A DNA stretch of 63,509 bases, counting the filler, from Octopus bimaculoides (lineage: Eukaryota): the NCBI RefSeq assembly GCF_001194135.2. It is 3 parts of 3 records of this genome, joined end to end, with 100 filler letters (N's around TTAATTAATTAA, not from the genome) between each part and the next. Parts side by side here need not be neighbours in the genome. Positions count along the whole stretch, not along the records: positions 34,795 to 63,509 come from NC_069000.1; 2 more parts are not named here. One strand, given 5' to 3'. How positions within the stretch are numbered: position 1 is the stretch's first letter; each line of letters begins with the position of its first letter. Shown piece by piece: positions 51,992-63,509 of this stretch. A program made the translations under genes and the position numbers. The notes under the pieces were generated by a model. It made no database searches, was not told the DNA's origin, and saw only the letters and a program-made list of their open reading frames with translations.

Positions 51992-52974
51992 GGTGGTGGT
52001 GGTGGTTCTGAGTTTTGGCGTGAACGGGCGTATAATCAAACCGCTCCGAGCGAATAGATTATTGCTTTCACCGGCTGAAGACCTTTTTATTTTTTTAATT
52101 ATTTTACAAAAAGAGGATTTTAGAACACCCTCGCCACTCTATATATTTTAGAATCTTCCTTCTATGTAACATACCTCTTCCTTCTACTCATGTAGCAAAT
52201 AAAAAATAACTATTATTATTATTTTTTTTTAATCATTATTATTATTATTATTATTTAACTATTTCTTAATTGTGTTCATTTGCTTTCGAAATTTTAATCT
52301 CAAATCTCCTTGTTCAATTCAATATGGCGCCCACTATTTAGCGTTTCTACGAGTTGTTAGCTATATTTTTGACTGTGAATATAGTGTCTTCTTTATTCCC
52401 TTGCTCAAGGGAATTTTCTACTACATCAACATACAATGGTTTTATTGTTGTCACGGAAACAGAATTCTTAGCGAAATTAATTCCTTTCGCTTCACCGTTT
52501 GCTTCTTTGTTTCTTGTTTTGCTTGTGTGTGTGTGTGTGTGTGCGTGTGTGTGCGTGTGTGTGCGTGCGATTTTTTTTCTGATTTTGTGTTATTTATTAT
52601 TTTCCAAATTTTTGTTCTTTCACATTTTTTGGTTTTTGTGCAATCTCTTTTAGCTGGGGCATATTTACTGAGGAAAATAAACGGGACACCAACATATTGC
52701 TTGTACTACGCATGTGTTTGTATAAGTAGGCTGGTAAATTAATAGAAATAGAGAAAGAGAAAAAGAAAGAGATTGGTAGTTAAACAGTCTGACAGTTTAA
52801 TACATTGATGAATATATACAGTTATGCATACACTTAAACAATGTCGATGCGTATATAGTTATGATGATAATTACACAGGCATTTCGTACGTTTGTGATAA
52901 TACACCCACATACATACACATTACACATACATGTATGTATGTACGTGTATATATATATAGAGAGAGAGAGGGGT

Positions 52975-53020
<46 letters not shown>

Positions 53021-53113
53021 AAGAAAGAGAGAGAGATAGAAAGAAAGAAAGAAAGAAAGAGAGAAAGAAAGACAGATAGAGAGAGAGAGAGAGAGATTGA
53101 CAAACAGACAGTC

Positions 53114-53178
<65 letters not shown>

Positions 53179-53372
53179 TCTTATATGCGAAAAAACGCAA
53201 TGTTTGCTGTTGGGGGAAAGAAGAGCAAATCAACAAACGGAGTGGGAGGGAGTAACAGTCAAAGGCAGCAAAGCATGCGAAGAGCCTTCAAATATTTTAC
53301 TCTGAAAGACGCAGGCATTTTAATCAGAATAAAACTGCGAATTTTTGTCGCTAATTGCATTTAGTTTATCAG

Positions 53373-53412
<40 letters not shown>

Positions 53413-53951
53413 CCACATGAAATAATATATGTTGGTGTTATTTTGTTCTTTGAAATGAAGAAAATCGATTAATTAAAAAAAAAATCCGATTATACACGCA
53501 TTGATAAGCGAGATATTCGTCGCACTTTCCTAAAAACAATCAACACAACTTCCGGTTTGAATATAAATAGCAAAATTGGTGCGTGACGTCCCGACACATC
53601 AGTTTCAGAATGGCTGACGCAAGCGATGGGAGCATTTCGTCAATCGCTTTAGTGAATGTCGACCTTCATTTGTCATTTGAAGAGTCGTCTTTTGACGATC
53701 CCAACGGTGATGATGTCCACCAGGTTGCACCAAATCGATTTGGACCAGAAGCAACAGATTTGGAAGAATCCGATTCGTCATTACAGGCCTCTGACCATAA
53801 TGACGAAGATGACTCTAGATTAAGAGACTGATATGGTTATATAAATGTTACTAACGTTAATCAAAATTGTTTAGATTATCAAAATATCTTGGGAACTGTT
53901 TTAGCAGGCAAAGAGAGATAATTCTATTCAGTCAATGCAAAATAAAATATA

Positions 53952-54162
53952 CTCTTTTACTCTTTTACTTGTTTCAGTCATGCGACTGTGGCCATGCTGG
54001 AGCACCGCCTTTAGTCGAGCAAATCGACCGCAGGAATTATTCTTTGTAAGCCTAGTGCTTATTCTATCGGTCTATTATGCCGAACCGCTAAGTTACGGGG
54101 ACGTAAACACACCAGCATAGGTTGTCAAGCGATGGTGAGGGGACAAACACAGACACACAAAC

Positions 54163-54199
<37 letters not shown>

Positions 54200-54218
54200 C
54201 ATACATATATATACACAC

Positions 54219-54269
<51 letters not shown>

Positions 54270-54437
54270 CATACATTATATATATATATACGCGCGCGCG
54301 ACAGACTTTTTTCACTTTCCTTCTACCAAATCCACTCACAATGCTTTGGCCGACCAAAGGCTGTAGTAGAAGACTTGCCTAAAGTGCCACGCAGTGGGAC
54401 TGAACCCGGAGCCATGTGGTTGGGAAGCGACCTTCTT
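53952..54437 (-). mobile_element. SINE family B, full length
   Basis: Reverse complement from head to tail, with an expanded internal (TA)n. Confidence 0.85.
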
Positions 54438-54959
54438 GCTACACAGCCACGCCTGCGCTTACTTGGCTGTTATTTTTAGCAAGTTGGAGTCCATATAAAG
54501 ACTTTGTTACGTCGCTGTTATGTTGTTGTTTATGTCGGTTGACTTTGTTATTGTCAAAAATGTTTTAGAAGTTGCCTGTTGGCTTAAATCGCCAGTTGTG
54601 TAGGAGAGCGTATAAGTTACTACAGAATCAACTATGTTAGATGTGTCACATTTTCCCGTTTTTCATGCTTCGTTGGTTTTATATTCAAGAAGTTTTGTAT
54701 ATATAGCATTGGTCTTGCTTTAAACATGAAAGTTTCCAGCCAACCGTAACGCTTATTTTCCAGTTTGTTGACCTTACCTTACACATGGAATTCTGTACAA
54801 AATCCTTCTTAAGCACGAAGAACTGCTGTTTGTGGTGTTATTGTTGTTGATATTGTTGCTGTTGTTCTTCTACTTCATAAGATAGAATGTATTTATTCAG
54901 TAGAACTCTACGTTGAACAGTTCTTATACAGTAGAAGAGTTCACATCCACAAGGAGGAA

Positions 54960-55950
54960 TTCCAATCACGTTTTGTGGTTCGCTACCTCAACAGCTCCTT
55001 TGTAGGATCCAGCGGCTAAGGACATCATCGGGAGGAACCACGTCCAGTTTCGGCCCCTAACTCCTCTACCGTTTTCGACGTGGCACACCCCGCCCCTCCT
55101 TTCGGAGGTGTCTTTAGCTCTGGTGTTGAGTGCGTTTTTTCTTTTGTTCTTTGGTTTCTTCGATGCAGCGTCAACGAATGTCAGCAAGCGAATGACCATC
55201 CTGCCAAATTTCCCTTTAAATACTCGCCGGAAGGCGCCAGCAGTCAGCACCAGCTAAATGTCGCGTGACACTGTCTAAGTTTCAACTGACCAATAGAGGG
55301 GAATGGCGCGTAGTTTTGGCCTGTGCCCTCTCTAAACCTGCCTTCCAACAGTGTCATGTTAGTTTCAGTTCCAGCAGCCAGAGCCGACTAACTGTTTGGC
55401 GATTCAAGCCTTCCAATTCCTAATATATCTCGCTGCCTCACTTGCCTTTGGCCACTTAATCTTTGGCTTCTTCACGCCTATCTCTTTTCTTGGCTGTTCC
55501 GATTCAACTGTGGAATGACCCTCGCTATGGTTTCTTTCCAGAAGGTTCTGGCCACACGTCTTCTGGTTTTCCAACCCGCCCTGTTGAATCACTCTCTTCT
55601 GACACCTCCCTCGGTGAATTCTAAGCCCGATGTAACTAGAAAACACCTTTCCGCAGCAGCAGAATTCCTCATCTACTTTTCCTTTGCCGCTTCTTTTCTC
55701 GTTGTCCATTTCCGGTCCAGGTCCATTACTTTTTCTGTTCCTGTTTGATCCTTTATTCTGCCCCCGTACTCCGGGATCATGGGGGACATGGTTCATCATG
55801 CTTACTTGAGTCTATCGCTCAGTTCAGGCGTTCACTTATAGAAGCTATTAATCATCAGATATATTCATTGAATAAAGGCTGTTACTATTCAGGTTAAGTT
55901 TCCATGCAGGGAGGACTCCCACTCAGTGGAGTCCTCACTCAACACTTTCT
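54960..55950 (-). mobile_element. Decayed 5' part of an R2-group (Hero/NeSL-like) non-LTR retrotransposon
   Basis: ORF 55799-55404 contains C-x-C-x12-H-x3-C (CCCGKVFSSYIGLRIHRGRC) followed by KIKWPKA. Downstream frames are broken. Confidence 0.55.
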
Positions 55951-57870
55951 CAGAAGACACTTTTCATTTTATAGTTGAATCTCTCTAATTTAACGTAGGC
56001 ATTGATCTAATAATAACAATTTCTACTTGACTGATGTTTTCACTTAATGGTACTGGCGATCACCCAGGTAAAGTGAATACTTTTACTCACCAGAGACATT
56101 CATGAAATTACACATGAAGCATCCCATACTTGTGGTTGTTTAGGCGCAGCTCAGACTTGGTAAAGTTAGTCTATGATCGAAGATGTAACAGCCATAACCG
56201 GCTGTCTTTTTGTATACGAGGGACATTCCAGAAGTTTGGGGTACATTTTTTTTTTTTAGAAAAGGCAGTTATAATTGTCCTAGATTATAATTCTAGTATA
56301 TCGTTTCTATACATTTAATAAGACCTGCCAACATTTTTTTCTTTTCTGTTTTTTGTTGTTTTTTTGCGTGTTCGAGCAGCAGCAGCTCCATCATCATCAT
56401 TACTAACAACAACAACAATACCACCACCATCATCATCATCACCACCTACACAACCACCATGCTCATTACTATTATGGTCATCGTCATCATCATCTCGCTA
56501 CCACCACCACCATCATTAACGCTGTTTTCATAGCCATCAGCATCACCAATGACATCAATCACCAATATAATCAACATTATCAAAACGAATTACTCATCCC
56601 TTTCATCTTCCTTTTCTTCCCCACTCTCCCACCACCACCACCACCCCACTCATGACAAATTTTTCACAAATATTTTGTCATAATATTTTTTTCTTTTCTC
56701 TTTTCGTTTTGCTTCCAGAAATAAATATTTCGGTCAAATACCAGACAATGTTTATGTCTGTGACAATTCTTTGAATCTGAATGTCAAACTATTTTCGTGA
56801 TGAGTGATATGTATTTTTAACTCATACAACATGGCGCTCATAATAACGAAATGTAACTTACTAAATACTAGATAAATTGCCATTTGGAAATGTAGCTGCT
56901 GAGTCGGCGAAACAGGCGGGGAGATTAAATTAAAGGCTTTCAACCTTTGTACACACTGCACCAATACATATACGTACACACAAGCACACACACACAAACT
57001 GGATATACGCACACAGACCACCTACATACGCATGCACAAACACATGCTAGGATATACGCACACAGANNNNNNNNNNNNNNNNNNNNNNNNNNNNNNNNNN
57101 NNNNNNNNNNNNNNNNNNNNNNNNNNNNNNNNNNNNNNNNNNNNNNNNNNNNNNNNNNNNNNNNNNNNNNNNNNNNNNNNNNNNNNNNNNNNNNNNNNNN
57201 NNNNNNNNNNNNNNNNNNNNNNNNNNNNNNNNNNNNNNNNNNNNNNNNNNNNNNNNNNNNNNNNNNNNNNNNNNNNNNNNNNNNNNNNNNNNNNNNNNNN
57301 NNNNNNNNNNNNNNNNNNNNNNNNNNNNNNNNNNNNNNNNNNNNNNNNNNNNNNNNNNNNNNNNNNNNNNNNNNNNNNNNNNNNNNNNNNNNNNNNNNNN
57401 NNNNNNNNNNNNNNNNNNNNNNNNNNNNNNNNNNNNNNNNNNNNNNNNNNNNNNNNNNNNNNNNNNNNNNNNNNNNNNNNNNNNNNNNNNNNNNNNNNNN
57501 NNNNNNNNNNNNNNNNNNNNNNNNNNNNNNNNNNNNNNNNNNNNNNNNNNNNNNNNNNNNNNNNNNNNNNNNNNNNNNNNNNNNNNNNNNNNNNNNNNNN
57601 NNNNNNNNNNNNNNNNNNNNNNNNNNNNNNNNNNNNNNNNNNNNNNNNNNNNNNNNNNNNNNNNNNNNNNNNNNNNNNNNNNNNNNNNNNNNNNNNNNNN
57701 NNNNNNNNNNNNNNNNNNNNNNNNNNNNNNNNNNNNNNNNNNNNNNNNNNNNNNNNNNNNNNNNNNNNNNNNNNNNNNNNNNNNNNNNNNNNNNNNNNNN
57801 NNNNNNNNNNNNNNNNNNNNNNNNNNNNNNNNNNNNNNNNNNNNNNNNNNNNNNNNNNNNNNNNNNNNNN

Positions 57871-58117
57871 GTGGTGGCGAACACTGATGTACTCTTTCCC
57901 CACAACTTTTTCTCACTCTTACTTTCTGTTGTGCCTGTAATTCAAAGGGTCGGCCTTGTCACACTGTGTCACGCTGAATATCCCCGAGAACTACGTTAAG
58001 GGTACACGTGTCTGTGAAGTGCTCAGCCACTTGCACGTTAATTTCACGAGCAGGCTGTTCCGTTGATCAGATCAACTGGAACCCTTGACGTCGTAAGCGA
58101 CGGAGTGCCAATGACAA
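57871..58117 (+). mobile_element. SINE family C, 3' part (head in gap)
   Basis: Collinear with the 41888 copy through GACGGAGTGCCAATGACAAC. Confidence 0.85.
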
Positions 58118-61087
58118 CGTTCGAAGCAGAAACCTCACTCTCTAGTTGGTCCTCTTTACAATCTCCACAAGTTGGATTGCTGGAGATCCCAACGAATGTG
58201 CCAAACTTGTTGCAGAATGCTATGCTGGAATTTCACTGTTGAAAATTCAAATGTACTTTCATTATATCTGACATCAATTTCTATAACATCTGTGCAATTT
58301 ACACTTGCAATGCTGGAACGTCACGGCAAAAATAAGAGCAGCCTGGTGTTGATGGAGTTACTTATCTATTTCTCAAACGTGATAGGTTCTTCCTTAATGC
58401 CCCGACCTGTGGCAAAGTGGAGAGTGATGGTTTCGTCACGACAAACCGCCTGTGTACACCGCCTTGAGTGTGAGGCAGTTTATTACCAAAAAGCCCGTCG
58501 TATGTATAGAAAATACCATTAAAAATAATATTAATATCCTCGAAAATATATGCTAACACAACGTTATCAAGGCTATCCAAAATTAGTGAAATTCATATTG
58601 AACATCTGAAATATTACCAGTTGATAGACGCTAACAAAAAGAACACCTAAATCGCATTCAACCTAAGATATTGTTTCATTCAACTAACAGTGACCTCACT
58701 GGATAACGAAAATGTTTTATGAAAATAAAAAAATAAACATGTTTTAGAAAAGCCATTTTTGTATTCAACTACTGGTGACGTCAGTAGATAATAAATAATA
58801 AACAAGAACAAACAAGGATTCTACATTATGACAATTAGAAATCTTTATAGAAATTTAATCTCAAAAAGACTATTTTCTTATACAAATATTGTTGACGTCA
58901 CAAGGTAACTAACGAATAAACAATAAAGATTAGACATCTACGCTATTATTAATAGAAACTTAGGCACTTTACGTCACAACAATTAGTTATCTATTTATTT
59001 ATTATATTAAACTTTTTACAAGAATTAACCTTATACAACATATGAAAAATTATTATATTAAATAATTGAAATATTTGAATGTCTTTCTAAATACATACAT
59101 ACATACATACATGCATGCATGCATGCATACATACATACATACATACATACATACATACATACATACAATGGGGAGTTTTAACAGCTGAAATGTAAATATT
59201 GCGTTAGAATTTTAAAAAAAAAAACGTTTGTATACTTTGTATAGAAGTCGAAGTCTATCCCTGCAAATCAAACCCACGTGTATTATGTTTTATAGAAAAT
59301 GTGAGTTCGAGTCACAAGGGCAGCTTTCGACTTCCAGAATCCAGAGAGTTTCTTTTAACCCAATGTTTACATGCTATCATTTCTATTTACTTTAAGTTCA
59401 GCCCTTAAAAAGAAACGATTTATTTCACGCTCTCCCGAAGTTTCTAAATTCTTATAACGTAAACAACCGCACACGCACACACTCACTAGCCCGTCCTTGC
59501 TGGGCAATTTTGACAATAGAAAGCTGTTATTTCAATTTTTTTATTCCATGTCTGGCTGTGTCTCCCCTGACAGGTAGGCCACTTGATCAGGACGGATTTC
59601 TGCATTAATTTGGGGCAAATTATAACGTCTGATGCCTAGACATAACGACCATTCGCTCTTCCTATTCTTGAACATCCAACATAAAGCTGACATATATCGA
59701 GAGGGAGAGAGAACAGCATGCATATACAGAAGGAGAATGTGAGCGTGTGTGGTAAATATAGAGAGAGAGAGTGGGGAGGAATTTTACAATGAGAAAAGTG
59801 TAAAAGACTGAAAGCAACAGATAGACAGAAAGAGGAACACAGACAGACGCTCTTGTCTCTTTTGACTGACTTGCATTACCTGTCATATCAAGAGACAGCG
59901 AGAGGAGAAACATGCCTGACAGACATTCATGTACAGAGAGTGAGAGAGTGTGTGGTAAATATATATATATATAGAGAGAGAGAGAGAAGAGAAAAGCGTA
60001 AAAGACAGATAGAGAGAAGTAGATAGGCAGACGCGACACTCACAGATGCACATAGAACCGCACTCACAGACTCAGATAATCAGAAGTTTAAAATGGCGGC
60101 TTCTAAAGGCATTCAATGTTAGCGATCTGGAAGAGGTGTTATTTCTCGTAGCAAATTATTATATTTTTTGATTACTAATAACCATATGATGGTGGTGGTG
60201 GTGGTTTCCATGGTGATATTGTATTTTCCTTGTTCTTACTGTTGTTATTTCTCTTGTTCTTCATTGGAATTCTGAGTGAAAGAGAGAGAGAAAGAGAGAG
60301 ATGCTACGGGAACAACATATGAATGGAGACAAATGATAATTAACGTCACTTCTTTTTTTATTACAATGACTTTCTTTCGACAGTTACCTCTACTATCACT
60401 ACTACTTACTCCCACGAATTCCCTCTCTAACGCACTCTTTATCAACACCGTTATATCAATATCTGATATATCCCCCTCCCTCATCCGAAAAACATCAATG
60501 GTTACGCCTGGAATCGAACCTCCACCATCACCGTTGCAATACCTACACCCAGAGTCGCACAGTAATTCTAGATAATCAATGAAAGAGACGGGACTGATAA
60601 TGAGCGGTTAAGTGAAACAAGAGCTATTAATTAGATAAATATTTCTCATAATAGATTATTTGAAAGAATATATATATATATATACGACGGAGTGCCAACA
60701 ACAACAACGTGTACATACATATAATGTGTGCGTGCATGAGTGTGTATAGTAACGGGTAAGAAAATGTAAAGGACATATATTGTGTTCATAGGTATTCAAA
60801 CCAAACCAAGTGCCTTTACTTCAACATTAAGGGCCAAGTTATAGGATCCGTATTAATAAGAGTTGGCCATAAGCAGTATATTGGTCGAGCTGATGCAGGT
60901 AGAATAGAATAAATTATGGCCAGGCAGTTGTAAGGAATCAAGTGATTTGTGCCATAATTATATATAAATATAGCAGGAAACCAAGAGAATCTGAAAGGCT
61001 TCTGGAATTTTCTTCAATCTCAGCAACGTCATTATTGCTTCCAATGACCTGGCACACTCTGGACTTTCTAGGTTTCCGACTTTATTC

Positions 61088-61325
61088 ATTACCCTGCGCG
61101 AAAACAGGGTATTGTACTCACTCGGTTTGTTTGTATCTGTGTTTGCAAAATTACTGGAAAACAGTTGAATGGATTTTCACCAAATTTGGCAGAAATACTC
61201 ATTGGGGCAAGTGGCTCGAAATAAAGTTAAAGAAGTGATTTTAAATTCTCAATCGCAGAATAATGCTAATAATATAGCCTGAACAAGATAAACTATCCCT
61301 GTTTTGCAGAGAAAAGTGTAGGTGG
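61088..61325 (+). mobile_element. Helentron-associated (HINE/DINE-1-like) non-autonomous element
   Basis: 5' hairpin ACCCTG/CAGGGT (61091-61110), TTTGTTTGTATCTG microsatellite-like tract, GGATTTTCACCAAATTTGG core, and distal CCCTGTTTT (61297-61305) inverted to AAAACAGGG (61101-61109). Confidence 0.55.
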
Positions 61326-62063
61326 CTAACTTTTGTTTTGATCATCTTAAAAAATAATTTCTTTTTGATCGAACTTACAAATTTGCCGATAAGCAAATGG
61401 TCATATTATTTTGTTCGCTTGTTTTCACATGAATTGACCACATACATACATAACCGCATACATAGCTATGCGACTGGATGAAAGGCAAAGTCGACCTCGG
61501 CGGAATTTGAACTCAGAACGTAAAACTCAACAGAAAATATTGAGTAATCCTTCAGTTTTATGTTAAATTGTTTATATTACAACTCGACATAAAAACACAA
61601 ACTTTACATGTACATATATACACGCACACACACGCATATATATATACATATATGTGTGTGTTTGTGTGTGTATTAAATTAATGTACAAGCGCTATAAAAT
61701 ATATCTACAAGATTTAAGAGATCTATTATTAACACATCGTTAAACTTCAGTAAATTATTACAATGCAATAAATATAAGTGGAATATATTTCTATGTATGT
61801 AAAACTGACTTTAAAAAATAGTTCAGAACAACATATTTAGAATAGTGAAAAGGCTGAAAAGCAAAACATCCCCAGATGTTGCATAATTTAATTTATTCTA
61901 CAGTTGCTTCGACTAATGGATTAAAAACATCGTAATTAATGTAATTATGCAAATGCATAAGAATTACATAGATGCTGAGTTTGCGTAAATATATATGCGT
62001 ATAAATGTATGTACATGTGTGCGTGCATGTGTATGTGTGCGTGTGCACACAAAGTGAGAGAGA

Positions 62064-62113
<50 letters not shown>

Positions 62114-63448
62114 TTGAACAGAATGAGAATAAAGTTTATATCTCCCGGGTGACATTTTTCCGTATATTCTACCTGTTACAAAACGAGTTTAAGTTTCGAC
62201 AAATTCGTCCGTGGTAGATGGGCTTGGTAGGGGCGCCACGTTTTACATAATGGCTGCGAAGTTAGTGTGGTTGCTGCTGCTGCTGTTATTGTTTTCGTTT
62301 AGCTGTAGCTCAGCCTTCATTCACAAGGCCCACGATCAAATTCACTGCAGTCTTTCTGAATATATTCTCCTAAATTACCTAATACCTCCTCACAATTTTT
62401 TATTGATGGTAATGTGTGGTCTGAACGCTCAGTGGTTAGAGTGTTGCATGGTGATAGTTGTGGGGGTGAGGGGTTGGGGGGTTAATATGACAGTGATGAT
62501 GTTAGTGATGATGATGATAGTGGTTTAACATGGTATTAATGTCGATGGTAATATTAGTGAAAAATGTTATGGTGTTAGTAGTCGTGGTATGGTGGTGATG
62601 GGGGGGATGCGGTGATATCATGATGATAATGTTGAGGTGGTGGTGGTGGTGATGTCGATAGTGGTGTTGGTGGTGGTGTTGGTGGTAGTGTTTGTGGTGG
62701 TGATGTCAGTGATTGTGGTGGTGGTGGTGGTAGCTATTGGTGGTGGTATCCGTGGTATTCCCTTGAGGCTAATTAAGAAATAGTTTCAATTTAACAAAGA
62801 CAATTTTGTTGCGTGAGATTTAAAAATTAATACAAGAACTTCTATCAACCCACCCTTGCAGGTATAGCTTCCTTCCGTGTGTTCATACATGTGTGCGTGT
62901 GTGCGCGTGCATGTATGTGTGTTTGGATGTCTGTATATATATGTGCGTGTGTGTATGTGTGTGCATATGTGTATGTGTGTGCGATAAGAATTTTAAAACT
63001 TCGAGAGAGATGGAATGAATTAGTTTTACTGGCGAATCTGGGAGTAGATAAAGCTATCAATTATAGCATGAAAATATTGGGTTGAAAATATCTTGAATGG
63101 AAAAAAGCCGAAGACTTTAGTTCTAGAACAGCTATGAAATGTTTTGCAAATGTTCGCTGCACCACTAATTGAGATGCCATATTCAGGCACGCTCTTCTTG
63201 GTACATCTCTCAAATCTTTCTGAATATTTCTCGAATTGACTGTGACAAATAATTCTTCGTTTAATTAATTGTCAGAACTTCGACGAAATCTTTCGACCGG
63301 GAATGAAGACCAACAATAGAATCGTGTCTACAGGGAAGGGAGGTAATTACAAGACGTGGTTCGTTAGAAATTCGAAAATGTAAAATGTTTAAATTAAATA
63401 TATTGTTTTAAGTGCCAAGAAATAAGAGCAAGTCTCTCAGTTTACATA

Positions 63449-63509
<61 letters not shown>

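Overview
AT-rich, microsatellite-dense animal genomic DNA with several N gaps. The SINE families resemble those I recall from octopus (cephalopod assignment is an inference). One protein-coding gene is well supported: the 3' eight exons of a minus-strand gene (11068 to 86). All have AG/GT splice sites, and their phases join into one open frame of about 544 aa. The product is a type I membrane protein with at least 8 Notch-like, mostly Ca-binding EGF repeats, a Pro-rich linker, a Cys-free juxtamembrane module of about 115 aa, a transmembrane helix and a tail of about 65 aa with an FDNQLY motif. It lacks the diagnostic juxtamembrane and cytoplasmic parts of Notch, Crumbs and Serrate. Its 5' exons are not visible in the remaining 52 kb, so they lie in gaps or outside the window. 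The rest is intron or intergenic DNA holding three tRNA-derived SINE families, decayed LINEs (CR1-like, RTE, R2-group), mariner, hAT and Helentron-like remnants, several inverted-repeat elements and tandem arrays. Two gaps carry an artificial TTAATTAATTAA linker. The most interesting signals are the unusual EGF receptor/ligand-like architecture, inverted SINEs bracketing its transmembrane exon, and a 380-bp foldback. Repeat coordinates are approximate; exon coordinates were read base by base.
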